In this document: positions 26,001-37,965 of the stretch, piece by piece
Layout: every line of letters begins with the position of its first letter
Numbering within the stretch: position 1 is the first letter of the stretch
From: Malacoraja senta
Taxonomy: Eukaryota
Direction: 5' to 3'
Assembly (NCBI GenBank): GCA_038087875.1
Contig: CM075988.1
Span: 23,624,001-23,688,000, forward strand
DNA length: 64,000 nt
Notes under the pieces: generated by a model
Databases searched by the model: none
Told to the model about the DNA's origin: nothing
What the model saw: only the letters and a program-made list of their open reading frames with translations
Position numbers and translations under genes: made by a program

Positions 26001-29000
26001 CAGTGTGGATTTACGAAGGGGAAATCTTGCTTGACTAATCTTCTGGAATTTTTTTGAGGATGTAACAAGTAAAATGTATAAGGGAGAGCCAGTGGATGTA
26101 GTGTATCTGGACTTTCAGAAAACCTTTAATAAGGTTCCACACAGGAGATTAGTGGGCAAAATTAGAACACATGTTATTGGGGGTAGGGTATTGACATGGT
26201 TAGAAAATTGGTTGGCAGACAGGAAACAAAGAGTAAGAATTAACGGGTCCTTTTGGGAATGGCAGGCAGTGGGGAGTGGAGTGCCGCAAGGCTCTGTGCT
26301 GGGACCGCAGCTATTTACAATATATATTAATAATTTACATGAAGGAATTAAAAGTACCATTAGCAAATATGCAGATGACACAATGCTGGGTGGCAGTGTG
26401 AACTGTGAATAGAATACTATGAGGATGCAGGGTGACTTGGATTGGTTGGGTGAGTGGGCAGATGCATAGCAGATGCAGTATAATGTGGATAAATGTGAGG
26501 TTATCCACTGGTGGCAAGAACAGGAAGGCAGATTATTATCTGAATGGCGTCAGTTTAGGAGAAGGGAAAGTGCAACGAGAACTGGGTATCCTTGTACATC
26601 AGTCACTGAAAGTAAGCATGCAGGTAAAGCAGGCAGTGAAGAAAGCTAATAGCATGTTGGTCTTCATAACAAGAGGATTTGAGTATAGGAGCAAAGAGGT
26701 CCTTCTGCAGTTGGACAGGGCACTGGTGAGACATCACCTGGAGTATTGTGTGCAGTTTAGGTCTCCTAATTTGAGGAAGGACATTCTTGTTATTGAGGGA
26801 GTAGGTTCACAAGGTTAATTCCTGGGATGGCAGGATTGTCAAATGATGTAAGAATGGAATGACTGGGCTTGTATTCACTGGAATTTAGAAGGATGTGAGG
26901 GGATCTTATAGAAACATATAAAATTATTAAGGAATTGCACACGCTAGATGCAGGAAACATGTTCTCGATGTTGGGGGAGTCCAGAACCAGGTGCCACAGT
27001 TTAAGAATAAGGGAAAGGCCATTTAGAACTGAGATGAGGAAAAACCTTTTCACCCAGAGAGTTGTGAATTTGTGGAATTCTCTGCCTCAGAAAGCAGTGG
27101 AGGCCGATTCACTGGATGCTTTCAAAAAAGAGTTAGAGGGCTAGCGGAATCAAGGGATATGGGGAGAAGGCAGGAATGTGGTACTGATTGTGGATGATCA
27201 GCCATGATCACTTTGAATGGCGGTGCTGGCTCGAAGGGCCAAATGGCCTACTCCTGCACCTATTTTCTATGTATCAACCACCTTTTACCTCATTATTCTG
27301 GTTAGACAACTACAAGATTCCCTCAGTAAATCCTTGCTGCCTCTCCTTAACCAATGCAAACTTGTCAAAAGGAGGATATTCATACAGAGACTAGAAACAA
27401 AGATAAGACGGAAACTCACACCACGTCAAAGAGAAAAATGGAACTCTTACTTTCCAACAGCTTTTAGTAAGGCCTCCTGTACTTTAGGAACTCGTGTTGC
27501 TCCACCCACCAGAATCACCTGATCAATGTCTTCCTATAAGAAAGAATCCTTTCAGAAAATATAGCATAAAAAAAGTCAGAGATTCAACTGAGACATTGCA
27601 CTGTAAGGAACCCATGATAAATTATTCTACGTATAAGTTGCATTTTAAATGGACTGAGCATTGATACTATGCATAGGGATGAATAGTTCAGGTCCCCTTG
27701 ACTTGTTACATGGCAATTACACCAATTCCATTGGGAGAACATTAAGTAGGTTACCACTGAAAAAAAGTGACATTAAATGAACTAAACCAAAAACACATAA
27801 GCTTAAATCTCAAACACATTCCTGATTTATTTAGAAGCACTCACCATTTTCATCTCAGCTATTCTTAAGGCCTGATGTACAGGGTCTGCAACTTTCTCAA
27901 ACAAATCACTGCAAAGCTCCTCAAATTCTTGTCTTGTTACTTTGGCCTTGAAGTCAATATCATCAAGTAGTCCCTCGACCTATAAGGAAATGAAAGAAGA
28001 ATTTTAAAAATTCAATCACTGTTGGATCGATTTAACCTAACTGGCAAAGAGAGTCAGAGGTGAGATTAAAATGTTTCACATAGCATGTTATATTTAATGG
28101 GTGGTGAAAACATATCCAACAGCATTTTCAAAAGACTAGCAATATTACAAGGTCAAAGCAAGAATTTTGAACTGATTATTTAAATCTATCATATAAGCAT
28201 TACAATTTGAATGGGCTCCTCCAACAGATTTCAATACTTATACCATGATTAAAAGAAACACAAAACATTTAAGCTGGGGATAATAAGAAGCCCTGCATGA
28301 GTTCAAGAGGCAGCAAAACTAGTATATTTACCTGTGCTGTGTGATCGAAATTTGCACTTAGTACCGTTTTCACACGATTTGCTTCTTTCCATAGCTTGGC
28401 CATTGCTCTTGGATGCTCACGAACATCTTTGGATGTTTTCTTTTGTCCATTGAAGATTTTGGCAAGGTGATCCAGCAGGCGTAGTTCCATCTCAAGTCCA
28501 CCCAGATTTCGATTAAAACTGAAGTACAAGAATAAAAAAGGAAATGTTTCAACTTCAGCTGATATTCCAGTGTGTTAAAACGTTGAGAGTTCTGCATGGT
28601 GCTGAGAAATTGTACAGAAGCGCTCTCTTTTTAGAGAGAATGCTGAAACAAAGCCACCATTGCCCACTGCTCCTCTCCGTCCAAACTGTGTTCTCTGCAG
28701 TCGATATAAATTTGCTGCCACATTACAATTGTAATATTTAAAATGTACTTCACAGCATATCAAACACATTGTATGAGAGTCCGATATGCACTTTATAATG
28801 CAATCAAGCAAGACTAACAGGAAATTAACTAATACTGAATTTTTAAAAATTCTAATTATCCATCTACTTCTCATTGTGGCACATAGAATTATTTTATAGT
28901 TATTATAGTCATAATTATTTTATAGTTAATTTAGATACCCAATTTGCCTCCTGATCTTGTAGACCTGAAGCCAGCTCATAACAATATGGATTCCAGGCTT

Positions 29001-32000
29001 AGAACTATGCAGTGTATTGTTTCATGAAGCTTCATTTAAAACATCAACCGTAATTACCAATTTAAACAGGCAGCGACTCAATGAAGAAAGAGCGGTTGGA
29101 AAAGTTTAGAAGATGGGAGCCATTGGTTTTTGAGAATTTTAGTGACTGGGATGGGGTTTGAGTGGAAGGTGTACCACACCCTATTGACAAGAAAGATGAT
29201 TAAAATGGGAACAAGGTTGAGGAAGTCAGTTAAACATCTGACGAATTAAGACAAACATCTGTTCTAATATATTATGTTACTTGAACATGGTATCTTTTTT
29301 ACCATATTGTTACAGAGGCAGAAAAAGGGACTAAATGAAACAGAAATATGATTACTGCACAAATTGAGTGGACATCATCTTGCAAAATGACTTTACCTGA
29401 AAATTTATGACTATGAAATTTAAGGTGAAATTGTAAAAGCCGTGATGCAAAAATAACGTTTCCAGTTTAGTGTTGAAAAGGATGTCCTGTCCAACAAAGC
29501 CTTCAGCTTCTATCGAAGAGGGAGACTAGTTAAGCTACCTATGTTTTCAGTCTCAGCCATTCCACACTCCAGTGCTTTTCCCCATCCACCAGTTATTTTT
29601 CCAGATAGAACCTAACCAATTGCAAACTATTCAATTCAGGGATATCTTCATGTTCACAAGTAAATCAACCCAACTGGGGTTATAGTTCAACAAGTACCAT
29701 TTGTTCAATAACCCATCACTCTTTACTGCCTTCTTTTAAAATGGTTCAAAAGTAGCTAGTCAGTCCCCATCTCCTCATGTATGCCAATCTTCTTCTTCTT
29801 GCGTATGGCGTGCACAGCCTAAAGTTGTAGGACAACTTGTTCTATTTGATCTTTTTGATTGTGCACGCCGGGTTGATTGCATTCGTCGAAACAGAGCGGA
29901 CCACGTGAATGTTGCAATCTTCCACCCCATGTCTGCCAATCAACCTTGCTAAAGCTGCAGTCTTCACAATGACTTTTTCATAGAATACCACTCTCACACA
30001 AAGCCCACATTTACTCTTCATTGTACCGTGTGTAATATCCATTAAAGAGTCATTGAAAATAGAAATTTACCCAATCCCTCTGATCTGGAGCTGGGGCTGT
30101 GTTCCCCAATCCTTTGTCTTTGTCGTCATGTAAGTAACAATGGTGGCAGTGGTGCTGCTCGACCCCATGTCGTAAAACATCACATTCTGGAAAAGTAACA
30201 GATGTCAGCTTTAGGCCTTAATGTTTCACAGATAAAAATAATCTAAAATTATCTGGTTGGCTTCATTCCAGCAGGCAAAACTTTGAAACTCATTTTATAT
30301 CAATCATTGAGTTTAGTTTAACTACAGCATGGAAACAGGTCCTTTGAACTACCGAGACTACATTGACCATCAATCACCTGTACAATAGTTCTATATTATC
30401 CCAGTTTCACATCCTACATACTAGGGGCAATTTACAGAAGCTTATTAACCTACAAACCACATCCTGCAACCTATATTTCCTCATTGTCTACTCAAAAAGC
30501 TCATAGTAACTGCAAAATAAATTTCTATTTGCATTAGCACTTACGTTGATTCTTGGCACTTGTACTCCACCTTACCTGGGCTGTGGCATTAATGTCCTTC
30601 CTCCGAAACACACCATAGTTCAGGGCTACAGCTGTGTTATCATTGATGAGTTGAAGGACCTTGAGGCCTGCCATCTGAGCAGCTTGTACAACTGCCCTCC
30701 TTTCCGCTTGGTTAAAATAGACAGGCACTGTGATCACCAGGTCCTTAATTGGTTGCTCTGCAGGAAAAAGAAGGAATATACCGGTGCACATCAGAGAAAC
30801 ACAGTTCCAATTTTAGGTCAATGTCATGTCAGAATCAACACGATCCTTTATAATCAACTCAGGGGAAACTAAATTCTAGTTGAAGGGAGAAAAATAAAAA
30901 TCAGACCAACCTGCAAAATCTTGAGCCAAAATTCTTGAGTAATTGAGAACCATCCCCAATAATTCCTCAGGAGAATAATATAATTCGCTAGAAATAAAAA
31001 CACAAAAATAGTTAAATATTTAGTGAGAAATAGTTAAAACCATGATAAAACAAAAACATTCTCAGAATCTAACCAATAATGTTTGAGCAGATAATCTAGC
31101 TTTTTCATTATACGATCATATCCCAGAATTATGAAAATCGATTAAGATGAGCAGATGTGTGTTCTTCAGTGGTAAAAGCAGTGTTAGCGATTAGAAAATG
31201 CTTAGGATACCACTCAAAAGTAAGCAAATTAAATGAAAAAAAGTCAGATCGAGACAAACTGCACCAATTTGTCACAACATTAGATAGCCCTTTGTCGGGC
31301 ACCAATAGCAAGGAAATCTTTACTCATTTGTGAAAAGCGAATACTTACTCAGACACTTTGTAGAGAACAGTTCCTCGTGACTCGGCTGCCACCAGCCGGT
31401 GCTCGGGAAAACGTTTCCTGTACAGCTCCACTTGTGGGTTTTCTATCAGTTTTCCCAGGAGATTCTGGAGGTAGCGGAATACAACCTTTGGATTCTTCGC
31501 TGACTGTGGATTGCAACCAAAACCCAGCTTAGACCATTCATCATAGCTGTTTCCCAAGAGCCTACACAAACAGCACCTCAGGCTGTGAATCATACACTGG
31601 TTAGACATCAAGCCTAAATCTTACCAGCACAAATCATATAGAATGTTAATGTACAAATGAAAAATCTATCAAGCTCTCTGCCATGTAATTGTGGTGACCT
31701 TGGGCAAATCATGTAACATAACATCTCAAAGCCCAATGTACAAATATGGTGGCGCAGCGGTAGAGTTGCTGCCTTACAGCGAATGCAGCGCCGGAGACCT
31801 GGGTTCGATCCTGACTACGGGTTCTGTCTGTACGGAGTTTGTACGTTCTCCCCATGAACTGTGTGGGTTTTCTCCGAGATCTTCGGTTTCCTCCCACACT
31901 CCAAAGACGTACAGGTTTGTAGGTTAATTGGCTTGGTAAATGTAAAAATTGTCCCTAGTGGGTGTAGGATGGTGTTAATGTGCGGGGATCGCTGGTCGGC

Positions 32001-33616
32001 GCGGCCCGGTGGGCCGAAGGGCCTGTTTCCGCGCTGTATCTCTAAACTATAAACTAATGACATCTCAAAGCCCAATGAACAAATATGGAAATACACACCA
32101 CTACTTTGAATGCACATATCTGCCTCACTCACTGAAATTTAAAATTATTGTTGCCATTCATTCACAAGGTTGATGCAGAAACAGAAAATAAAGCCCATCA
32201 AAAAATTAGCTGCATATGCTGGAAATCTGAAATGAGAATAGAAAATGCTGGAAACATCTATAATAAACTCAGTGAACCAAAATGTTAACTCTGTTTCTCT
32301 TTCCTCAGTTGTTGCCTGACCTGCTGAGCATTTCCAGTACTTTCTGTTTTATTATAGAAGATAACAGCTGATTGAATTACAAAACAGATGACTCTCGATG
32401 AAACATATCTGTACAAAATTGGTTTTGATGCACTTTAGGAGGAACTTGGATGGCGTTGAAAATTGTTTCTTTCTTGTCAGCTTACTCAGCATTAACAATT
32501 AATCCACACCATCTCAAATTTCTATGGAAGAACGGCTATGAAAGCAAGGTATAAAAGAGGGATGCATAATACATAAAACTCAACAAGCCATCACATTCTA
32601 CAGGTGCATCCGGTAAGGAGTAGGTAAAGAAGAGGAAACTAAATGATCTGAATGCAGCATTGAAATGTGTCATGTGATATATATAGATTCACTTGTGCAC
32701 TGTTTAATTTTGGGGTAAGTATCAGATATACCAAGATCTCACCATAGCCACTGCACTGTCCCCAAAGAGTCGTTCATTTTCTTTTAAAGCAACAGCAACT
32801 GGAGTTTTCCTTCTTGACTCCCTGCAACAACAAAACAGGCTCAGTACTATTATGGCTCAAATCAGATATACTTGGGAGTTAAATTAAGTCAGTTACACAT
32901 ACTTGTTTAATACGATCTCCATTGGAACACCTGGTTTCACTATGGCAATTTTAATCCATTCACTGCCCAAATCAACTGACATCACTGCTATGGAATCTGT
33001 ATAAAGAGGAGCACAAAACCAGTCAGGCAGACATTCAATAGCAACTGAAGAGGCAGAGAAGAATCAATTTTTAGAATTAGTATTAATTCACAATGAGCAT
33101 CCCCTTACAGAGTGATCTTCATTGTGAGAAAGAGAAAAATGACTAAGAAGCCTGGAGCTTGCTCAACATGCAAATGTATCTAATCTTTTCCACATCTGTC
33201 AACAACAACTAGGAATACTACAAAACATCACACATAGATACAGCGTTAACAAAAATTTGAGATTAAAAACTCAATGTTCTGCTTATTATCCATCATCCCT
33301 GACGGGGAGGCCAATCTACTGTTAGCATGTCACGTTAGACGTACAAAGACATCTATCTGAGCCATTTCATGACAGAATTATATAAATGTGGGCATCACGC
33401 GTTACAGACATTGAACCTTCAACTATACTTTGCATAAAGTTCAACCTTACTCCATAAGATAATTCACCTCAGTGATGGATATTAAATGCGTAGAAACTTA
33501 TAAAAACAATGGCACGAGTGAATTAAACCCAAGTTGGACATACCTGTGTGTAAGGCCACGTGAGCGAGTGTAAAACACACCGAAACCCAGATCAGCAGTC
33601 CCATCTTTCTGTACAT
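10881..33616 (-). CDS. HYOU1: HYOU1 / GRP170 / ORP150, ER-lumenal large Hsp70-family nucleotide exchange factor; 24 coding exons, 3033 nt, 1010 aa (gene span)
   Basis: All exons have GT-AG boundaries and consistent phases. Signal peptide, Hsp70 motifs [23 protein letters not shown] and [10 protein letters not shown], acidic insertion, C-terminal PDEL. Confidence 0.97.
11474..11590 (-). CDS. HYOU1: HYOU1 coding exon 23
   Basis: [16 protein letters not shown]...PVENESSE; phase 1/1, AG/GT. Confidence 0.82.
11907..13190 (-). mobile_element. L2-clade LINE fragment (RT region to 3' tail)
   Basis: [48 protein letters not shown]; (TTGAC)n tail. Confidence 0.9.
13314..13587 (-). CDS. HYOU1: HYOU1 coding exon 22
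   Basis: [10 protein letters not shown]...[33 protein letters not shown]...ETEEDT. Confidence 0.94.
14373..14457 (-). CDS. HYOU1: HYOU1 coding exon 21
   Basis: [28 protein letters not shown]. Confidence 0.94.
14720..14853 (-). CDS. HYOU1: HYOU1 coding exon 20
   Basis: [45 protein letters not shown]. Confidence 0.95.
15443..15565 (-). CDS. HYOU1: HYOU1 coding exon 19
   Basis: [41 protein letters not shown]. Confidence 0.95.
17349..17522. mobile_element. Palindromic copy of the same family with the hammerhead core deleted
   Basis: Near-perfect ~70-bp inverted repeat 17377-17522 centred on ...ggcgacg aa cgtcgcc... Confidence 0.8.
17571..17658 (-). CDS. HYOU1: HYOU1 coding exon 18
   Basis: [29 protein letters not shown]. 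Confidence 0.95.
17897..18325 (+). mobile_element. CR1 LINE 3' fragment
   Basis: [21 protein letters not shown]; ctatgttt repeat tail. Confidence 0.88.
18404..18585 (-). CDS. HYOU1: HYOU1 coding exon 17
   Basis: [11 protein letters not shown]...[20 protein letters not shown]. Confidence 0.9.
19047..19235 (-). CDS. HYOU1: HYOU1 coding exon 16 (acidic insertion)
   Basis: [16 protein letters not shown]...KSEKSETP; phase 0/0, AG/GT. Confidence 0.85.
20145..20227 (-). CDS. HYOU1: HYOU1 coding exon 15
   Basis: [28 protein letters not shown]. Confidence 0.93.
20961..21021 (-). CDS. HYOU1: HYOU1 coding exon 14
   Basis: [20 protein letters not shown]. Confidence 0.93.
21381..21519 (-). CDS. HYOU1: HYOU1 coding exon 13
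   Basis: IFGSLNLTT...[20 protein letters not shown]. Confidence 0.95.
22987..23019 (+). repeat. (CT)n microsatellite
   Basis: Direct inspection. Confidence 0.95.
23485..23669 (-). CDS. HYOU1: HYOU1 coding exon 12
   Basis: [11 protein letters not shown]...[28 protein letters not shown]... Confidence 0.95.
24112..24244 (-). CDS. HYOU1: HYOU1 coding exon 11
   Basis: [33 protein letters not shown]...YPIQ. Confidence 0.96.
25432..27272 (+). mobile_element. CR1-clade LINE, 5'-truncated and degraded RT region
   Basis: [43 protein letters not shown] motifs with stops and frameshifts; CR1-type 3' tail. Confidence 0.92.
27451..27533 (-). CDS. HYOU1: HYOU1 coding exon 10
   Basis: [28 protein letters not shown]. 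Confidence 0.95.
27845..27979 (-). CDS. HYOU1: HYOU1 coding exon 9
   Basis: [27 protein letters not shown]...AEMKM. Confidence 0.95.
28332..28518 (-). CDS. HYOU1: HYOU1 coding exon 8
   Basis: [14 protein letters not shown]...[13 protein letters not shown]. Confidence 0.95.
29790..29928 (-). mobile_element. ~140-nt HDV-ribozyme-headed retroposon, copy C (sense orientation in a HYOU1 intron)
   Basis: 13-bp TSD atgt(a/c)tgccaatc (29777-29789, 29929-29941). Confidence 0.85.
30071..30186 (-). CDS. HYOU1: HYOU1 coding exon 7
   Basis: [19 protein letters not shown]...[10 protein letters not shown]. Confidence 0.95.
30576..30757 (-). CDS. HYOU1: HYOU1 coding exon 6
   Basis: [23 protein letters not shown]...[17 protein letters not shown]. 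Confidence 0.96.
30911..30987 (-). CDS. HYOU1: HYOU1 coding exon 5
   Basis: [25 protein letters not shown]. Confidence 0.95.
31349..31503 (-). CDS. HYOU1: HYOU1 coding exon 4
   Basis: [18 protein letters not shown]...GTVLYKVS. Confidence 0.95.
31748..32056 (+). mobile_element. tRNA-derived V-SINE (HE1-like), full length
   Basis: A box TGGCGCAGCGG, B box GGTTCGATCC, core ggtttcctcccacactccaaagac, LINE-like tail gaagggcctgtttccgcgctgtatctctaaact. Confidence 0.85.
32743..32821 (-). CDS. HYOU1: HYOU1 coding exon 3
   Basis: [26 protein letters not shown]. Confidence 0.95.
32903..32996 (-). CDS. HYOU1: HYOU1 coding exon 2
   Basis: [32 protein letters not shown]. Confidence 0.95.
33544..33616 (-). 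CDS. HYOU1: HYOU1 coding exon 1 (signal peptide; acceptor at 33630)
   Basis: [24 protein letters not shown]; donor GTATGT. Confidence 0.85.
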
Positions 33617-33829
33617 TGCAAAAGGGTCACCTGCAGGAGGCAAGTTTAAGATCAAACTCACAGACCATCAACAGTTTTATTTAAATGTATTTATGTTAAC
33701 AGATCCTGTGGCCATACAAAACCCCTTGGCCATCCATACTGCATACTTACACAACACAAACATGACATAAAAGTTGGACAACTCTGATCATATGGGTAAC
33801 ATATCGAGAGCCATCGAGCATTTACACAA

Positions 33830-34212
33830 ATGCCAGAGCACTTTGGACACAGATACTACCAATGTAGTAAGATCATCTCTGACCATTCTCACCCTTGCCA
33901 CAAACTCTTTGAATCACTTCCCTCTGGAAGGCGACTCCGGACTGTCAAAGCCGCCACAGCCAGACATAAAAACAGTTTTTTTCCACGAGCAGTATCTCTA
34001 CTCAATAACCAAAAGTCTGTAGCCTCCTTGGGCTCTGGTATTTTATTTCATTCACGTTTAAACTATAATGTTTTATTATTAATGTTTAATGTTTTATGTG
34101 CCATTCTTAATTGTTACTGTATGTCGTGTTGTTACTTGCGAGCGGAGCACCAAGGCAAATTCCTTGTATGTGTACATACTTGACCATTAAACTTATTCAT
34201 TCATTCATTCAT
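33830..34212 (+). mobile_element. Rex1/Babar-like LINE 3' fragment
   Basis: KIISDHSHPCHKLFESLPSGRRLR...NSFFPRAVSLLN; (ttca)n tail; related pieces at 1-250, 10990-11330 and 59180-59325. Confidence 0.65.
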
Positions 34213-36761
34213 GGTGACTGTTGGAGAACCCTCACTCTGGGAGTGAGCAGGCAGCTGGAGAGTTATTGAGGGATGGAGGGCAGTGAGGCAGGAAAATCAT
34301 CAGGCCAGGGACACTGAGAACAGGCGATCACGAATGAAGGCCGTAAGGGTTCGGGGGACAGAGAAAGGGAGAATGAAGTAAGGAGTGGAAGGGGTTAAAA
34401 ACAAGTAGTCGTGGTCATGTTTTCGTGTTACAATTCTGCACAGTAAATCTGAACGCTTTGAGCACCCTTGACATTGGCTGATGGGCTCACACTGTCAAAA
34501 ACACATAGCAGTACTGTATGGAGACAAATAGAGCACATAGTTTTAGACTAAGCGAGCACCCAATTAAAACAGATAAGAAATATTTATTCCCAGAAAGTTA
34601 ACTGTCTTTGGAACTCACTTCTATAGGGAAGTGCAGTGGCAAGAGCCTTTGGATATATTGAAGACTGAGATAGATCATTAATCAGAAAGGGAATCAAGAC
34701 TTTGAGGGAAAGGGCAAGCAGGTAGACTTGAAGAATGTCAGATCATCAATGATCCAAAATAATCTGAATGAAGCACAAGGGGGTGAATGGCCCACGGTCT
34801 ACGAACTTACATTCTTATTCCTCAGATCTGGTGTGGAAGCAAGTTTTCCTCAACCCCACAGGGCAGCCCAAGGAGGATAGTGATTGGAAACAGGTCATCC
34901 ATCAGCAGACTTGAGAACCTCTTTGCTTTTTAACTGCATATTGTATGCATATTGTATGCACATTCAGACAGGTTTATTCATGCCCCACCTTCACTGATAT
35001 TTAACCTGCTGTTAGCATGTCATTACCCATTTTCAATCTTGTGTGCATACATTCAAATCCTCTCAGAACAGCTGTCTGTTTGTTCTTTCCTTGTTCCTTC
35101 CAGTACCAACGCAATTGTTCCAATCCACCAAAGTTGGTAAATACAGGAAGTAGCAGAAAGTCCAGCATGCTTGAAGTGGATACCAGATAACTGGCATGCA
35201 CCCGAAGTTATAGAAAAATGACACAATTCTCCAATCATCTCTTCGCCTAGGGTGCAACCTACGTTATACATTTTGTTTCAAAAAGGTGCATGGCCAAACC
35301 ATTCAGGTCAGTTAATAGCTGGTCAGTTTATCAATGCTATTTGGGAAGCTTGCAAAATCAATAATCGGGGTGAGGGGACAGAAGGCAGGTGGAAACGGAA
35401 TTCATTTGGAGAAATCCTAAAATAGAAAATGGGGGCACAGCATTAACTTGTTCAACCCAGATGGAGATTTTGTTGATGCCACTGCAGAGAAAGTTCAAAA
35501 TAATGCAAGCGTCATTTGTGAATGTTCAGAAGACATTTGATATGGTCCTTTTTAAAAGCAGGCGAGAAAAATTAATGCAAATATTAAAAGTACAAATGGG
35601 CATAAAGTTAGTTAAAGGCGGTTTCACACATGAAGAAATGATGCACTTTATGAGAGTGCACCATTGCTATTTTTGATAGATATTAGTGTCATAGAAATGC
35701 AGGCTACAATTTGCAAAATTAGCATGTCATAGTCATATAGCATTGTAACAGGCACTTCAGGCTGCCAGACCCATACTGACCTTTATGCTCAATTACACTA
35801 ACCCTATTTTCCTATATAGACAATAGACAATAGGTGCAGGAGTAGGCCATTTGGCCCTTCGAGCCATGTTATGGGGTTATGGGGAGAAGGCAGGAGAATG
35901 GGGTTGAGAGGGAAAAATAGATCAGCCATGATTGAATGGTGGAGTAGACTCGATAGACAATAAACAATAGGTGCAGGAGTAGGCCATTCGGCCCTTCGAG
36001 CCAGCACCGCCATTCAATGTGATCATGGCTGATCATCCCCAATCAGTACCCCGTTCCTGCCTTCTCCCCATATTCCCTGATCTATCTTCCACTGATCTGA
36101 TCGATAGCATAGCATCCCTTGTCTATTTTCCCTGGTGAAGCATGAGGAGTGACCTTAGTCTAAAATCATCAGCGACATAAAGGGTAGGACGATCTAAAAC
36201 TAGAGGCCATGCGTTTAAGATGCGAGGTGGAATATTTTAAAGGAAATGGAAGAGCAACTTATTCCTCACAGAGGTGGTGCCTACAAGGGAAGAAGTGGGG
36301 GGGGAGGGGGGGGGGGTACAATGATGGCATTCAAAAATACATCTGTTGTGTTCGATACCTTTACAATACATCTTGACAGGTATATGTATAGGAAAGGTTT
36401 GGAAGGATATGGGCCAAGTGCAGGCAACCAGCTCATTAAGCAACTTGTTTGGCATGGATCAGTTGAGCCGTCGGGTCTGTTAGGAGGGAGAGATAGAAGG
36501 TTTTCGGCCCGAAACGTCGCCTATTTCCTTCGCTCCATAGATGCTGCCTCACCCGCTGAGTTTCTCCAGTACTTTTGTCTACCTTCACTCATGAATGAAT
36601 GAATGAATGAATGGCGGAGTAGACGATGGGCCGAATGGCCTAATACTGCTCCTACACTTATGAATGATGATCCCCGAGGTGGGAGGGAGGGAGGGGTGGG
36701 GACGGGGGACTCAGGCTCCTCATCCCGTCACCATCGTCGCGGACTCAGGCCGAGTACTCAC

Positions 36762-37170
36762 CGGTATTGGGGAGGAGATGGGATCAGGCCTGGTGGCACC
36801 GGTACTCGGGGGACCGCGTTGGTGACCCCCCCCCCCCCCCCTCTCTCTCTCTGTGTGTGGCAGCCCGGTCAGTGCGTCAGTGCCGGCGGCGGGAGAGCCG
36901 GACGATCTCGGTGCTGCCCCTCTCTCTCTCTCTCCCTCCCCTCCCCTCACACCGGCTGTGGCTGACCGTCTCGTCTCTCGCTCTCTCTCCCCCCTCACAC
37001 GGTGGGCCTCTGGCGGTGGCGGTGGCGGTCCCGCTCCTCTCTCTCTCTCTCTCTCTCTACCCCCCTCCTTCCCTCCTCACACCGGCTCGGTCAGTGCGGG
37101 GCTCCGGGCCTGTGACCGCCGCGTTCTCGGTGCCGGTCTCTTGCTCTCTCTCCCTCCGGCTGTGGTCCTA

Positions 37171-37203
<33 letters not shown>

Positions 37204-37350
37204 CCTGTACCTGTACCGGTGCCGCTCTCCCTCACACCGACTGTGGTCCGGGGCCGGAGGTCTGTGGTCTGTGGGCTGTGGGTCGGTGTCCGGTGCCGCT
37301 CTCAGTCTCTCCACCCCACCCCACCCCACCCCTCCCCCCCTTCAGCACCG
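36762..37350 (-). other. HYOU1: Probable non-coding first exon of HYOU1 in a CpG island (5' boundary uncertain)
   Basis: Strong donor CCG|GTGAGT starting at 36761; CpG-rich region lying between the UPR motifs and the ATG exon, which has its own acceptor at 33630. Confidence 0.5.
37171..37201 (+). repeat. (TG)n microsatellite
   Basis: Direct inspection. Confidence 0.95.
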
Positions 37351-37386
37351 GCTCCGCCGCCCCCCGCGCGCACGCGGCCGCCTCCA

Positions 37387-37478
37387 GTTGGTCCGCGTCA
37401 GCGCTCGCCGCCACCAACACCCGCGCTGACTGGGCCACGTCCCGGGGGGGGCGGCAACGTCCTCACTGGTCCACGTCA
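37387..37478 (-). promoter_or_regulatory. HYOU1 promoter: UPRE and ERSE-II-like cluster
   Basis: Plus-strand GTTGG-T-CCGCG (37387), ACTGG-G-CCACG (37429), ACTGG-T-CCACG (37465); perfect UPRE TGACGTGG on the minus strand at 37478-37471. Confidence 0.7.
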
Positions 37479-37479
37479 C

Positions 37480-37965
37480 TGGGAGGACCGGGGGGGAGGG
37501 GCTTGGAGGACCGGACCAGACGGGGGGAGGGGCTGGGTGGGCCGGGGGGAGGGGCTGGGAGGTCCGGGGGGAGGGGCTAGAAGGACCCGGGGGGAGGGGC
37601 TGGGAGGTCCGGGGGGGAGGGGCTAGAAGGACCCGGGGGGAGGGGCTGGGAGGACCGGACCAGACGGGGGGAGGGGCTGGGTGGACCGGGGGGAGGGGCT
37701 TGGAGGACCGGACCGGATGAGGGAGGGGCTTGGAGGGCCGGGGGAGGGGCTAGATGGGCCCGGGGGGAGGGGCTTGGAGGACCGGACCGGATGAGGGAGG
37801 GGCTAGAAGGGCCCGGGGGGAGGGGCTTGGAGGGCCGGGGGAGGGGCTAGATGGGCCCGGGGGGAGGGGCTAGAAGGGCCCGGGGGGAGGGGCTGGGAGG
37901 ACCGGTGGGGGAGGGGCTGGGAGGACCGGTGGGGGAGGGGCTGGGAGGACCGGTGGGGGGTGGGT
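37480..37965 (+). repeat. G-rich minisatellite upstream of HYOU1 (G-quadruplex-prone)
   Basis: Many ~20-30 nt units of gggggaggggct(a/g/t)g...gg(a/g)ccg. Confidence 0.88.

Noticed and set aside
25438..27144. Series of RT-like ORFs as an active element
   Set aside because: Multiple stops and frameshifts, no endonuclease or ORF1; a dead CR1 copy
31748..31815. tRNA gene
   Set aside because: A and B boxes belong to a SINE head; no complete cloverleaf, and it is followed by the SINE body and tail
10940..33543. Intronic snoRNA or miRNA genes in HYOU1
   Set aside because: No convincing C/D or H/ACA box arrangement seen by eye, and the hairpins are explained by transposons; an Rfam scan would be needed to exclude them
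36603..37626. Long ORFs (up to 257 aa) in the HYOU1 CpG island
   Set aside because: Low-complexity translations of GC-rich and microsatellite DNA, open in several frames, with no recognisable domain
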